Shown here piece after piece: positions 36,217 through 46,906 of a stretch of 64,000 nucleotides of DNA. Origin of the DNA: Dehalococcoidia bacterium (GTDB lineage Bacteria > Chloroflexota > Dehalococcoidia > Bin125); the NCBI GenBank assembly GCA_965215555.1, contig OZ244071.1, forward strand, positions 2,517,647 through 2,581,646, written 5' to 3'. The notes under the pieces were generated by a model. That model saw nothing but the letters and a program-made list of their open reading frames with translations, was not told where the DNA came from and ran no database searches. The position numbers and the translations under genes were made by a program. Positions within the stretch are counted from its first letter, which is position 1. Each line of letters starts with the position of its first letter.

Positions 36217-36313
36217 GTCCCCGCTTTACGCGGGGACCTGCTCCCTTCCTGTAGGGGACTTCACCGCCAGCTATACCGTGCTGCCAGAGCGGGTCCCCGC
36301 GTAAAGCGGGGAC
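36217..36313. repeat. Structured about 97-bp element with 30-nt inverted arms (GTCCCCGC-TTTAC-GCGGGGAC / GTCCCCGC-GTAAA-GCGGGGAC), copy 1
   Basis: Near-identical arms recur at 54795-54891 with a divergent centre. Confidence 0.6.
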
Positions 36314-36405
36314 TGGGATTCAACTAACCAATGGGACGTCTGAGACACCCTCTGACGCGGGGGCAGAGAGGGTCCCGCTCGCTCCCAGCGATTGGGACGC
36401 CATAG

Positions 36406-36705
36406 ATGATCTACTTCCTCCGAGTCCAGGGCGATTCCATGTCTCCCACCCTGCAGGACGGTGATCGCCTCCTCGCACTCTCGACCAAGATGCTCTCCGT
36501 GAGACCGGGCCGCATTGTCGCCTTCCGCCGCAAGACCGACCTGTTCATCAAGCGCACCCTCAGCCGCGAGGGCGATGGCTGGTACGTCGTCGGCGACAAC
36601 CCAAGCCGCAGCACCGACAGCCGACGCTTCGGTGTTGTGCCCAACAGCCAACTGCGAGCGGTCGCGCTGCTCAAGCTCCTGCCCATGCCCCGGCTGCTTC
36701 TCTGA
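36406..36705 (+). CDS. Mini S26/S24-type serine peptidase (signal-peptidase-like; SodX-like size)
   Basis: VQGDSMSPTL...GDN...STDSR...FG motifs of the Ser/Lys-dyad peptidase fold. 99 aa. Confidence 0.5.
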   Translation: MIYFLRVQGDSMSPTLQDGDRLLALSTKMLSVRPGRIVAFRRKTDLFIKRTLSREGDGWYVVGDNPSRSTDSRRFGVVPNSQLRAVALLKLLPMPRLLL

Positions 36706-36838
36706 CAGGCTCTCTGGGCGCCTCCGCAATCGTGTCGTTGTAGCCGATTTAACAGCGCCCATGCGCAGCCGACAGAGCACGAAACGATAACGCCCGCACC
36801 ACTTGCACTGGCGCAACAAATTCGACACAATACACGCG

Positions 36839-36865
36839 TTGGCACTCTCGCTATGCGAGTGCTAG
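36839..36865 (+). promoter_or_regulatory. CIRCE (HrcA operator) upstream of groEL
   Basis: TTGGCACTC-N9-GAGTGCTAG vs consensus TTAGCACTC-N9-GAGTGCTAA. Lies 50 nt upstream of the groEL start. Confidence 0.6.
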
Positions 36866-36896
36866 GAATACAAACTCCAGCCGCAAGACTCCATGA

Positions 36897-38525
<1,629 letters not shown>

Positions 38526-38607
38526 GTCCAACCAACGGCAACCAACAAACGGGCCGCTCCCCAGGGAGCGGCCCGTTTTGTGTGCCCTGGACCTCTCCCC
38601 CTTTGTG

Positions 38608-38667
38608 GTGAGATTGCCCCCGCATCAGGTGCGGGGCAGGCTGGGCCCGGACGCGGCAATGACGGAG
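38608..38667. repeat. REP-like element (cccccgc-atcaggt-gcggggc hairpin plus gacgcggcaatgacgg module)
   Basis: Shared modules with 22959-23012 and 60217-60250. Confidence 0.45.
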
Positions 38668-38717
38668 TTAACCGTTCCGCTATCGGCATAAGCTGAACAG
38701 AAGCCAAACTGATCGAT

Positions 38718-40292
38718 GTGCAGATGACTTCCAGACGCCGTGCCAAGATTGTCGCCACCCTCGGTCCGGCCTCGAGCGATCCGGCGACAGTCCTTGAACT
38801 CGTCCACGCCGGCCTCGATGTCGCCAGGATCAACTTCTCACACGGGGATGAATCCTCTTGGACCCGCGCCGTCCAGACCGTCCGCCGTGCCCAGGCCGAG
38901 ACGGGCAAGCCGGTGGCCGTTCTCGGCGATCTGCAGGGACCGAAGATTCGAATCGGCTCCGTGCCCGACGGCACCGAAATCGCGCGTGGAGAGCGAGTCG
39001 ACATTCTCGCTGGAAGCGACGCTGAAGCCGAGTATGACGGCAACTGCCTGGTCCTCAGTTGCAACTACGCGGCCCTCGTTGACGAGGTCGAGACCGGCGG
39101 GCGCGTGTACCTGCGCGACGGCGAACTCGATCTATTGGTCGAGGAGATCGTCGGCAGTCGGATCCGCACCACAGTCCGCGGCGGCGGCCTGCTGACCGCT
39201 CGGGCCGGACTACATGCGCCCGGGGCCGGCAAACAGTTGCCCGCGGTGACGGCGCGCGATCGCGAGCACATCGGCTTTGCCGTCCGTCACGGCTTCGACT
39301 TCCTCGCGCTCTCCTTCGTGCGCAGCGGCCTCGATCTGGCTGAGGCCAGCGCTGCAGTCCACGAAGCAGGCGGTGAACTCCCCTTGATCGCCAAAATCGA
39401 AACCCTCTCCGCCATTCAGGACCTGCAGGAGATCATCGCCGTCTCCGACGGCGTCATGGTCGCGCGCGGTGACCTCGGGGTGGAAGTCGGACCAGCCGAA
39501 GTGCCAGTTCTGCAGCGACAGATCATCGAAGCCGCCGGACGCGCCCTGTTGCCGGTGATCATCGCCACCCAGATGCTTGAATCGATGGTCCAGCGCCAGC
39601 GACCGACACGTGCCGAAGCCTCCGATGTCGCCAACGCTGTCTGGGACGGCGCCGACGCCCTCATGCTCTCCGCCGAGACCGCTGTCGGCCGCCACCCAGT
39701 CGAGGTCGTCGACATGATGGACGACATCATCCGCCGCGCGGAGTCCAGCGACGCTGGACGTACCGCCGTCGCCCGGCCAATCGAGCTCAAAGCCGACACC
39801 GCTCGAACCGTTGCCGTCGCCGTTGCCGCTGCCGTCGAGCAGCACCCGCAGGTTCGTGCGGTGATCGTCTTCACCATCAGCGGACGCTCAGGACGCCTGA
39901 TCTCCCACGTTCGTCTGCCGGTGCCCGTGCTCGTGCTCGCTCCTGGAGACGCAACCCTCCAGCGACTCGCGCTCATGTGGGGCGTCGAACCGCGCCATTG
40001 CCAACCGCCCGACGACATTGAGCAGATGCTCAGAGAGGTCGAACAAGCCGCAGTTGAAGCCCTCGAACTCAATCCAGGCGACCAGGTCGTACTCACCGGC
40101 GGATTCCCCCTGAGTCAGGGAGAGCCAACCAACTTCCTCAAACTCCACCAGATCCCCCCAACCCCTTCAACTTCTGGTGAAGGTGATCCTCCAGCCCCCT
40201 CTCACTCTGGTGAAGTTGATCCTCCAGTCCCCTCTCCCTCTGGTGAAGTTGACCCTCCAATCCCCTCTCCCTCTGGGAGAGGGTTAGGGTGA
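38718..40292 (+). CDS. pyk: Pyruvate kinase; the last about 40 codons run through a tandemly amplified REP-derived repeat
   Basis: KIVATLGPAS..., IAKIETLSAIQ..., MVARGDLGVE. Reading frame continues through 3 x 33-bp repeats (SGEGDPPAPSH / SGEVDPPVPSP / SGEVDPPIPSP) to the TGA inside gggTGAggg. Confidence 0.85.
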   Translation: MQMTSRRRAKIVATLGPASSDPATVLELVHAGLDVARINFSHGDESSWTRAVQTVRRAQAETGKPVAVLGDLQGPKIRIGSVPDGTEIARGERVDILAGSDAEAEYDGNCLVLSCNYAALVDEVETGGRVYLRDGELDLLVEEIVGSRIRTTVRGGGLLTARAGLHAPGAGKQLPAVTARDREHIGFAVRHGFDFLALSFVRSGLDLAEASAAVHEAGGELPLIAKIETLSAIQDLQEIIAVSDGVMVARGDLGVEVGPAEVPVLQRQIIEAAGRALLPVIIATQMLESMVQRQRPTRAEASDVANAVWDGADALMLSAETAVGRHPVEVVDMMDDIIRRAESSDAGRTAVARPIELKADTARTVAVAVAAAVEQHPQVRAVIVFTISGRSGRLISHVRLPVPVLVLAPGDATLQRLALMWGVEPRHCQPPDDIEQMLREVEQAAVEALELNPGDQVVLTGGFPLSQGEPTNFLKLHQIPPTPSTSGEGDPPAPSHSGEVDPPVPSPSGEVDPPIPSPSGRGLG

Positions 40293-40297
40293 GGGCG
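40174..40297. repeat. Three tandem 33-bp units derived from the ccctctccc-tctg-ggagaggg REP family, ending in a complete copy (tctgggagagggttagggtgagggc)
   Basis: Units at 40174-40206, 40207-40239 and 40240-40272. The canonical copy is at 40273-40297. Confidence 0.7.
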
Positions 40298-40325
40298 TGG
40301 GTCCCAGCACAAGAAGGAACATGAC

Positions 40326-40733
40326 ATGACAGACAATGCAGTCAACGCACCAGAGCTCAACGTTCAGATCGGCGATGCATGCGAGATTGACCCCGCAGCA
40401 GGCCCCATTGAGGCCCGTGAGGCCGATCCCAACGCCGATCGCGACGTCCTGCTCTACATCACCGTCTGGTGCGGCGACTGCCGCCGAGCGGTGCGCTTTC
40501 TCGACGAATTCGAGATCCCATACCGAACCATCGACATCGAAGAAGACACAGAAGCCGCTCGAGCGGTCGAGATGCACAATGGTGGCAGCCGCTCAGTGCC
40601 TACCATCCTGATCGATGGAGAGCACGTCGCCACCGAGCCCAGCCGAGCAGAACTCGTCAACATCTTCGGCGTTGTAGAAGAGGAAGCGACCCGCGGCGGC
40701 CGGAGTCCGTTCAGTCTGCTTCGTCGTCGCTGA
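40326..40733 (+). CDS. Glutaredoxin-like protein (NrdH/mycoredoxin-type, CxxC = WCGDC) with N-terminal extension
   Basis: VLLYITVWCGDCRRAVRFL...RSVPTILIDGEHV thioredoxin-fold pattern. Confidence 0.6.
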   Translation: MTDNAVNAPELNVQIGDACEIDPAAGPIEAREADPNADRDVLLYITVWCGDCRRAVRFLDEFEIPYRTIDIEEDTEAARAVEMHNGGSRSVPTILIDGEHVATEPSRAELVNIFGVVEEEATRGGRSPFSLLRRR

Positions 40734-41814
40734 TCACATGCACGTCCGCCGGCGCAAACCTCGCGACGGCCGCGTCTCCAACCGACAGTCCCAGCTCATC
40801 CCACATCGTCACCGGAGTATCAACGGTCAGTTGTAGCCGGCCACTCGTCAGGTTGGCCCGAACCACCGGCCCTCGAGGCCTGACCGTTTGCACAAATGTA
40901 CGAAGCTGATTCTCTGTCCCTGCTTCGGAGGGAACGCTTCCGCCCCCGTCCTGTGTCAGCACAATCCGCTCCGGCCGGACGCAGAGCAGCGCCGGCGATC
41001 CTGGAGCAATCGACTTCGCTGTCGACGCCAGACGAATGCCTCCCGCCTCGTAGACGCCCGACTCCGAGCGTCGCCCATGCCACAGGTTTTCCATCCCCAC
41101 AAACTCAGCGACCGCGCGGTCGGCGGGCCGTTCAAAGACCTCCGAGGGACGACCAGTCTGCCGCAGTTGTCCATCAATCAACAGAGCCGCCTCGTCTCCA
41201 AGGCGCAATGCTTCATCGCGGTCGTGTGTGACCAGCACCGTGGTCGGACGTGTCTCGGAGAGATTCTCGGCGAAGTCCTCAATCAACCCCTCCCGAGTCG
41301 GCGCGTCGACTCCCGCAAACGGCTCGTCCAGCAACATCACTTCCGGCTGCGAGGCAAAGGCTCGCGCCAAACTGACCCGCTGAGCTTCCCCGCCCGACAA
41401 CTGTCGCGCATGGCGTTGGGCCAACGAGGCAATCCCAAATCGCTCCAGCCAATGCTCTGCTAGCTCGCGCCGCCTTCGTTTACCGACCCCGCGCAGCCTG
41501 AGCGGCAGTTCAACATTCGCCTGAACCGACATGCTCAGCAACAGGGGTTCCTGGAACGCCGCCGACATCCGCCGCCGCGTGGCGACCGGATCGGCATTCA
41601 TCGGTTCGCCATCAAGCATCAGTGTTCCCTGAGATGGATGAAGCACAAGCTGCAGCGCGCCCAGGAGCGTCGACTTACCCGATCCATTGGGACCAAGTAC
41701 CACGGTCACCAATCCGCGAGGGATGTCCAGTTTGTCGATTTCCAGCACCGTCACGCGGCCGCGCTGAACGGCAATGTCCCGGATCTCCAGATGAGCGTCA
41801 GGGCGCGTTGTCAT
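40711..41814 (-). CDS. ABC transporter ATP-binding protein with C-terminal TOBE domain (TupC/ModC-like)
   Basis: Walker A GPNGSGKST, signature LSGGEAQRVSLARA, Walker B LLDEP. C-terminal TOBE-like beta domain. Confidence 0.8.
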   Translation of the reverse strand: MTTRPDAHLEIRDIAVQRGRVTVLEIDKLDIPRGLVTVVLGPNGSGKSTLLGALQLVLHPSQGTLMLDGEPMNADPVATRRRMSAAFQEPLLLSMSVQANVELPLRLRGVGKRRRRELAEHWLERFGIASLAQRHARQLSGGEAQRVSLARAFASQPEVMLLDEPFAGVDAPTREGLIEDFAENLSETRPTTVLVTHDRDEALRLGDEAALLIDGQLRQTGRPSEVFERPADRAVAEFVGMENLWHGRRSESGVYEAGGIRLASTAKSIAPGSPALLCVRPERIVLTQDGGGSVPSEAGTENQLRTFVQTVRPRGPVVRANLTSGRLQLTVDTPVTMWDELGLSVGDAAVARFAPADVHVISDDEAD

Positions 41815-42509
41815 GTGATCGGCCGACGCTGCTGCACGGTCGTCAGCACCAGGTTGACGATGAACGCCAGCAGGACCAACACCAGCGACAGTGCAATCGC
41901 GACCTCAAAGTTGCCGCGGCCCGTCTCCAGCACCGTCGCGGTCGTCAGCACGCGAGTCTCGCCGGCGAGATTGCCGCCAACCTGCATCGATGCGCCCACC
42001 TCGGAAATCGCTGCCCCAAACCCGGCCATGACCGCCGCCAACAGGCCAAGCCGAGTCTCGCGCACGAGCAGCCACAGCACTTGCAACCGGTTCGCGCCCA
42101 TCGCCCACATCTGCCCAATCAATCGAGGATTTACCGACTGAATCGAAGCAAGCGAAAAGCCCACCACCATCGGCAGACTCAGCAACAACTGAGCCACCAC
42201 CATCGCCGTAGGCGTATAGATCAGGTTCAAGTCACCCAGGGGCCCGGTTCGCCAGAGGATCAGCGCGACCAACAAGCCAATCGCCACCGGAGGCATGCCC
42301 ATGCCCGTGTTGACTGCCGCAACGATCAATCCTCGTCCCCAGAAGCGCCGCAGAGCCAACACCGCGCCGAGCGGAATCCCAACGATCAATGCCAACGCCG
42401 TCGCCGAGGCGGAAATCGCCAGAGTCCGCAAGGTGATCTCAATGATCTCCCCATCGCCCGACCACCACAGCCGAGCCGCCTCACGAATCCCATCCCAGAT
42501 CAACTCCAT
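41811..42509 (-). CDS. ABC transporter permease, TupB-like (tungstate/molybdate-type)
   Basis: Five TM segments plus a GNFEVAIALSLVL-type C-terminus. Stop overlaps the ATPase start. Confidence 0.7.
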   Translation of the reverse strand: MELIWDGIREAARLWWSGDGEIIEITLRTLAISASATALALIVGIPLGAVLALRRFWGRGLIVAAVNTGMGMPPVAIGLLVALILWRTGPLGDLNLIYTPTAMVVAQLLLSLPMVVGFSLASIQSVNPRLIGQMWAMGANRLQVLWLLVRETRLGLLAAVMAGFGAAISEVGASMQVGGNLAGETRVLTTATVLETGRGNFEVAIALSLVLVLLAFIVNLVLTTVQQRRPIT

Positions 42510-42564
42510 GTCGCGATCCTACTTGCGGGCCCGTGCTACACCGTGCCAACGAGATTCATATCGT

Positions 42565-42668
42565 TCCGAGCTCGTGTAGGGGCGACCCTTGTGGTCGACC
42601 GCGTTGGGAGCCCTATCTGGTCTGTGTTGCCTTCGCCGACACGGGCGACCACAAGGGTCGCCCCTACG
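42565..42668. repeat. Perfect 22-bp inverted repeats (gtaggggcgacccttgtggtcg ... cgaccacaagggtcgcccctac) separated by about 45 nt, in the tupA-tupB intergenic region
   Basis: Direct reading of the sequence. Could form a long stem in the polycistronic mRNA. Confidence 0.55.
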
Positions 42669-42702
42669 GGGTGGTTGACACTGTGTCGCCAGGCACCAGC
42701 TC

Positions 42703-43596
42703 TCAGCCCGACGCCCCACTTCGAGCCGCTATCGACGCCTCAGTCTCGCCCGCAGCCGGGATGAACAACGGCCGACCGTACTCCTCGCGCAGATACTCGC
42801 CGATCATCGCCTGGATGTCCTCGCGCAGCAGGAACTCCTTGAATGCTGCTGCCCCGACCGTATTGATCCGCCCCTTCGCCCCATCGACCTCCATCACGCT
42901 GTAGAAGTTCAGCAATAGCGGATCTCCTTCGACCAGAGGAGTCAGCCCACCGATATCTTCGGACAGCGACAGGTACGTTCCACGGTCAGTCAAGGTGTAC
43001 GCGCCTCGTTGGTTGGCGACGGTCAGCGTCGCCGACATGCCCTGTCCCACTTCCAGGTACCACTCGTCGTTATCGACCGACGGCGACAACCCTGCCTCCT
43101 CCCACAGCGACCGCTCCTTCTTGTGAGTGCCGCTGTCATCTCCGCGCGACGCAAAGACTGCTTCCGCTCTCGCAATCTGGATCAACGCCTCGGACACATC
43201 GTCCATCCCCGCGACACCTGCCGGATCATCCAGCGGCCCGACAATCACAAAATCGTTGTACGCCACCAGGACCCGGCTCGTCACATCGCCCGCGTCGACC
43301 AGCATCTGCTCCGAGACGGGCGCGTGCGTCAACAGCACATCCGCATTGCCTTCGGCTCCCATCCGCAACGCAGCACCAGTGCCGACAGAGATGATCTTGA
43401 CCGTGATCCCCGCTTCGTCCTCGAAAATGGGCACCAGCTCGTCGAGCAGTCTCGAGTCGTTCAGCGATGTCGTTGTGGCGAGGATCAGCTCGTCCTCGTT
43501 GTAGCCAGTCTCACCGTCGCAGGCGGACGTCAGACCGACCGCCAGAGCGGCGAACAGCAACCACACGCCCAGTACGGGTACTCGGCTCATTCCCAC
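42703..43596 (-). CDS. Tungstate-type ABC transporter substrate-binding lipoprotein (TupA/WtpA-like)
   Basis: Signal plus lipobox LTSAC. TTTSLNDSRLLDELVPIFE...VGTGAALRMGAEGNADVLLTHAP closely resembles the TupA signature TTTSTxDSGLL...VGTGxAL..G..G.ADVLL.HA. Confidence 0.7.
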   Translation of the reverse strand: MGMSRVPVLGVWLLFAALAVGLTSACDGETGYNEDELILATTTSLNDSRLLDELVPIFEDEAGITVKIISVGTGAALRMGAEGNADVLLTHAPVSEQMLVDAGDVTSRVLVAYNDFVIVGPLDDPAGVAGMDDVSEALIQIARAEAVFASRGDDSGTHKKERSLWEEAGLSPSVDNDEWYLEVGQGMSATLTVANQRGAYTLTDRGTYLSLSEDIGGLTPLVEGDPLLLNFYSVMEVDGAKGRINTVGAAAFKEFLLREDIQAMIGEYLREEYGRPLFIPAAGETEASIAARSGASG

Positions 43597-43608
43597 TCCC
43601 CCGATGGA

Positions 43609-44922
43609 CTAGTCCCCGGAGGTGATCATCCCTGCGCCGACGGTGGCTGATGTCGCTTCATCGATCAGGATGAACGCCCCTGTTTCCCGCGACTCAGCGT
43701 ATGGGTCAACAGACAATGGAGCCATGAGCCGAAGCCGGACCCGACCGATCTCATTCAACGACAGTTGAGACGCGGTGAGGTCGTAATCGAGCGTGTTGAC
43801 ATCCAGGCGAGCGCCAACCTCTTCCACCATCGCACGAGTCGTCTGCGTCGTCTGCTTGACCACCAGCCGATCCCGCGTACGCAGAGGCACTCGATCACTC
43901 ATCCAGCAAATGTGAGCGTCAATCGAGGAAGCGGCGACCGGCGGATGCTCGGCCGACACGATCATCGACCCGCGCCGTACATCCAACTGATCGGCCAGTT
44001 GAACCGTGATCGCCATCGGAGGCGTGGCCTCCGCCAACTGCTGATCGAACGCATCTATGGCGGCAACCGTCGTCTCTGCGCCCGAAGGCATCACCTTCAC
44101 GCGGTCTCCAACTCTGAGCACGCCCGAGGCCATCGTCCCCGCATATCCGCGATAGTCGTGAAACTCGTCGCGCAACGGACGAATCACATACTGCACCGGA
44201 AACCGCGACGCATGATGTTGTGGCGGCTCCGACGCCTCCAGCGTCTCCAACAGTTCCAACAGCGGCGGACCGTCGTACCACGGCATTCGCTCCGACGGCT
44301 CCACGACCCAGTCGCCAAACTTCGCCGAGATCGGGATGGCGCGTACGTCAGTCACGCCCATGCGCGAGGCGAACCGAGTCAACTCCTCCGTAATCTCTGC
44401 AAACACCGCCTGATCCCAGCCGACCAGGTCCATCTTGTTCACGCAGACCACGAAGTGCCTGATGCCCAGCAGATTGGACAGATAGGCATGACGTCGGGTC
44501 TGTTCCAGCACCCCGCGCCGCGCATCAACCAGCAACAGCGCGGCGTCCGCCGTCGATGCGCCGGTGACCATGTTGCGCGTGTACTGCACGTGACCCGGCG
44601 TGTCGGCCAGAATGAATTTGCGACGGGGCGTGGAAAAGTATCGATACGCCACGTCGATCGTGATGCCCTGTTCGCGCTCCGAGCGAAGACCATCGGTCAG
44701 ATAGGCCAGGTTGACATCTTCCTCACCGCGAGTCCGCGATGTCCGCTCAATCGCCTCCATCTGGTCAATAAACGTCTGCTTGGAATCAAACAGCAGGCGA
44801 CCAATCAGCGTCGACTTGCCGTCGTCCACCGATCCCGCCGTCGCCAGACGCAGCAGCGTTCGCTGATCTGGTCCCAGGGGATCGGCAAGCGTGCCATTCA
44901 GGCTTGAGTGCTCAGTCGTCAC
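43609..44922 (-). CDS. cysN: Sulfate adenylyltransferase subunit 1 (CysN GTPase)
   Basis: GSVDDGKSTLIGRLL, DTPGH, NKMD GTPase motifs. CysN-specific C-terminal beta-barrels. Confidence 0.9.
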   Translation of the reverse strand: MTTEHSSLNGTLADPLGPDQRTLLRLATAGSVDDGKSTLIGRLLFDSKQTFIDQMEAIERTSRTRGEEDVNLAYLTDGLRSEREQGITIDVAYRYFSTPRRKFILADTPGHVQYTRNMVTGASTADAALLLVDARRGVLEQTRRHAYLSNLLGIRHFVVCVNKMDLVGWDQAVFAEITEELTRFASRMGVTDVRAIPISAKFGDWVVEPSERMPWYDGPPLLELLETLEASEPPQHHASRFPVQYVIRPLRDEFHDYRGYAGTMASGVLRVGDRVKVMPSGAETTVAAIDAFDQQLAEATPPMAITVQLADQLDVRRGSMIVSAEHPPVAASSIDAHICWMSDRVPLRTRDRLVVKQTTQTTRAMVEEVGARLDVNTLDYDLTASQLSLNEIGRVRLRLMAPLSVDPYAESRETGAFILIDEATSATVGAGMITSGD

Positions 44923-45845
44923 TAGAAATACCCCTCGCGCTTGCGATCTTCCATCGCCGCCTCCGAGAATCGGTCATCGGCCCGCGTCTCGCCGCGCTCG
45001 GTGATGCGCGTTGCCGCAATCTCTGCCACCACCGCGTCGAGCGTTTCAGCTTGGGACCGCACTCCGGCTGTACAGGTCATGTCGCCGACCGTACGAAACC
45101 GCACGCGCGCATCAAACGGATCTTCGTTGGGCAGGCGCGGCACAAAGTCGGAGACGGGAAAGATCATCCCGTCGCGTTCGAACATCGACCGGTTGTGCGC
45201 GTAGTAGATCGAAGGAATCTCCAGCCTCTCGCGCTTGATGTACTGCCAGACATCGAGCTCGGTCCAGTTGGACAGGGGAAACGCTCGGATGTGCTCGCCG
45301 CGAGTCAGGCGGCCGTTATACAGATTCCAGAGCTCGGGGCGTTGATTAGACGGGTCCCACTGCCCAAACGCATCGCGGAACGAGAAAATCCGTTCCTTCG
45401 CCCGCGCCTTCTCCTCGTCCCGCCGAGCGCCGCCAAAGAGCGCATCAAAGTTGTGCTCCAGCACAGCGTCCAGCAATGTGACGGTTTGCAAGCGGTTACG
45501 AGAAGCTCGCGGTCCTACCTCTTCGACCACCCGACCCTGGTCAATCGATTCCTGCACCGAGGCGACAATCAGCTCCAGTTCCAGCTCCGCCGCCCGCCGA
45601 TCGCGAAATTCAATCGCCTCGGGAAAGTTGTGGCCAGTGTCGACGTGCATCACGGGAAACGGAATCCGTGCCGGCCAGAACGCCTTCTCGGCCAGTCGCA
45701 GCATGACAATCGAGTCTTTGCCGCCCGAGAACAGCAGACACGGTCGCTCCAGTTCCGCCGCAACCTCGCGGATGATGTGGATTCCTTCTGCCTCCAGCCA
45801 GGACAGCGTGTCCAGGGAGGCAGGTCGGCTCGCAGTCGTGGTCAT
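44922..45845 (-). CDS. cysD: Sulfate adenylyltransferase subunit 2 (CysD)
   Basis: SGGKDS PP-loop and the HVDTGHNFPE motif. Start at ATG 45845 (MTTTASRP...). Confidence 0.9.
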   Translation of the reverse strand: MTTTASRPASLDTLSWLEAEGIHIIREVAAELERPCLLFSGGKDSIVMLRLAEKAFWPARIPFPVMHVDTGHNFPEAIEFRDRRAAELELELIVASVQESIDQGRVVEEVGPRASRNRLQTVTLLDAVLEHNFDALFGGARRDEEKARAKERIFSFRDAFGQWDPSNQRPELWNLYNGRLTRGEHIRAFPLSNWTELDVWQYIKRERLEIPSIYYAHNRSMFERDGMIFPVSDFVPRLPNEDPFDARVRFRTVGDMTCTAGVRSQAETLDAVVAEIAATRITERGETRADDRFSEAAMEDRKREGYF

Positions 45846-46015
45846 CTCGTCTTCACCGCATTCCCCGGTTCTCACCGCATTGCCAAGTCAATCTTGACAA
45901 ACATTACTAGATCACTCATATATGAATCCAGCGACTACCCTACTTGCCAGTGCAACGAATTACAGATCGGTAGCGAATCGACACCGATCGCGAAAAGACT
46001 CGACAAGAGGTGGGC

Positions 46016-46880
46016 AATGTCTGTAGGAACCGTGAGTCAGCTCTGGCGTTACCCGGTCAAGTCAATGGGCGGCGAACTGATCGAGTCAGCCCAGGTCGAC
46101 GGAAATGGCCTCGCCGGCGACCGCGGCTGGGCCATCCGCGAATCCGGAGAGACCCGGACTGCGCGCCAGATTCCGCAACTGCTGCAGTGCGCCGCGAGCT
46201 ACGACGAAGCGCCGACCGGCGACCGGCGCTCGCCGCGAATCACATTCAGGCTGCCCAACAACGAGTCGCTGCTCAGCGACGCCGCCGATATCAACCAGCG
46301 CCTCTCCGATGCTCTGGGCAAAGAGGTGGTGCTCACGGCGCTGCGCCCCGCTGAGGACCTTGAACACTATCGACGTCCGCCCGCAGACCCCAACGCCGAT
46401 CAGGTCGCCAACATCCGCGAAGTCTTCGGACTCGAAGCGGACGACCCGTTCCCCGACTTCGGCGACCTGCCCCTGGATGTCCTCGCGCAGTTCTCCACGC
46501 CCCCTGGCACCTATTTCGACGCTTTCCCCATTCACATCATGACCACCTCATCGCTCAACACCCTGGCGGACGCCGGTGGCGGCGATGAAGTCGACGTCCG
46601 CCGCTTCCGGCCCAACATCCTGATCGACACCGGCAACGCCGAGGGTCTGCTCGAAGTCGACTGGACCGGCAAGAAACTGCGCCTGGGAGAAGTCGTGATC
46701 GAAATGCGGACCACCACCGTGCGCTGCTCCATCCCCGCCCACGCCCAGAGAGACTTCGGCTCAAGCCGAGCCGTCGGCCGAGCCCTCATCGAGAAGACCA
46801 AGCAGCATCTGGGCAGCTACTGCAACGTCGTCGAAGGCGGTCAGGTCAACGTCGGCGACGAAGTCGAACTACTCGACTAG
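46016..46880 (+). CDS. MOSC domain protein (MOSC_N beta-barrel plus MOSC)
   Basis: LWRYPVKSMGGE N-terminal motif and a C-terminal conserved Cys in TTVRCSIP. Confidence 0.75.
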
Positions 46881-46906
46881 TTCCAGTTCCCGTTCGCCCA
46901 CATCAG

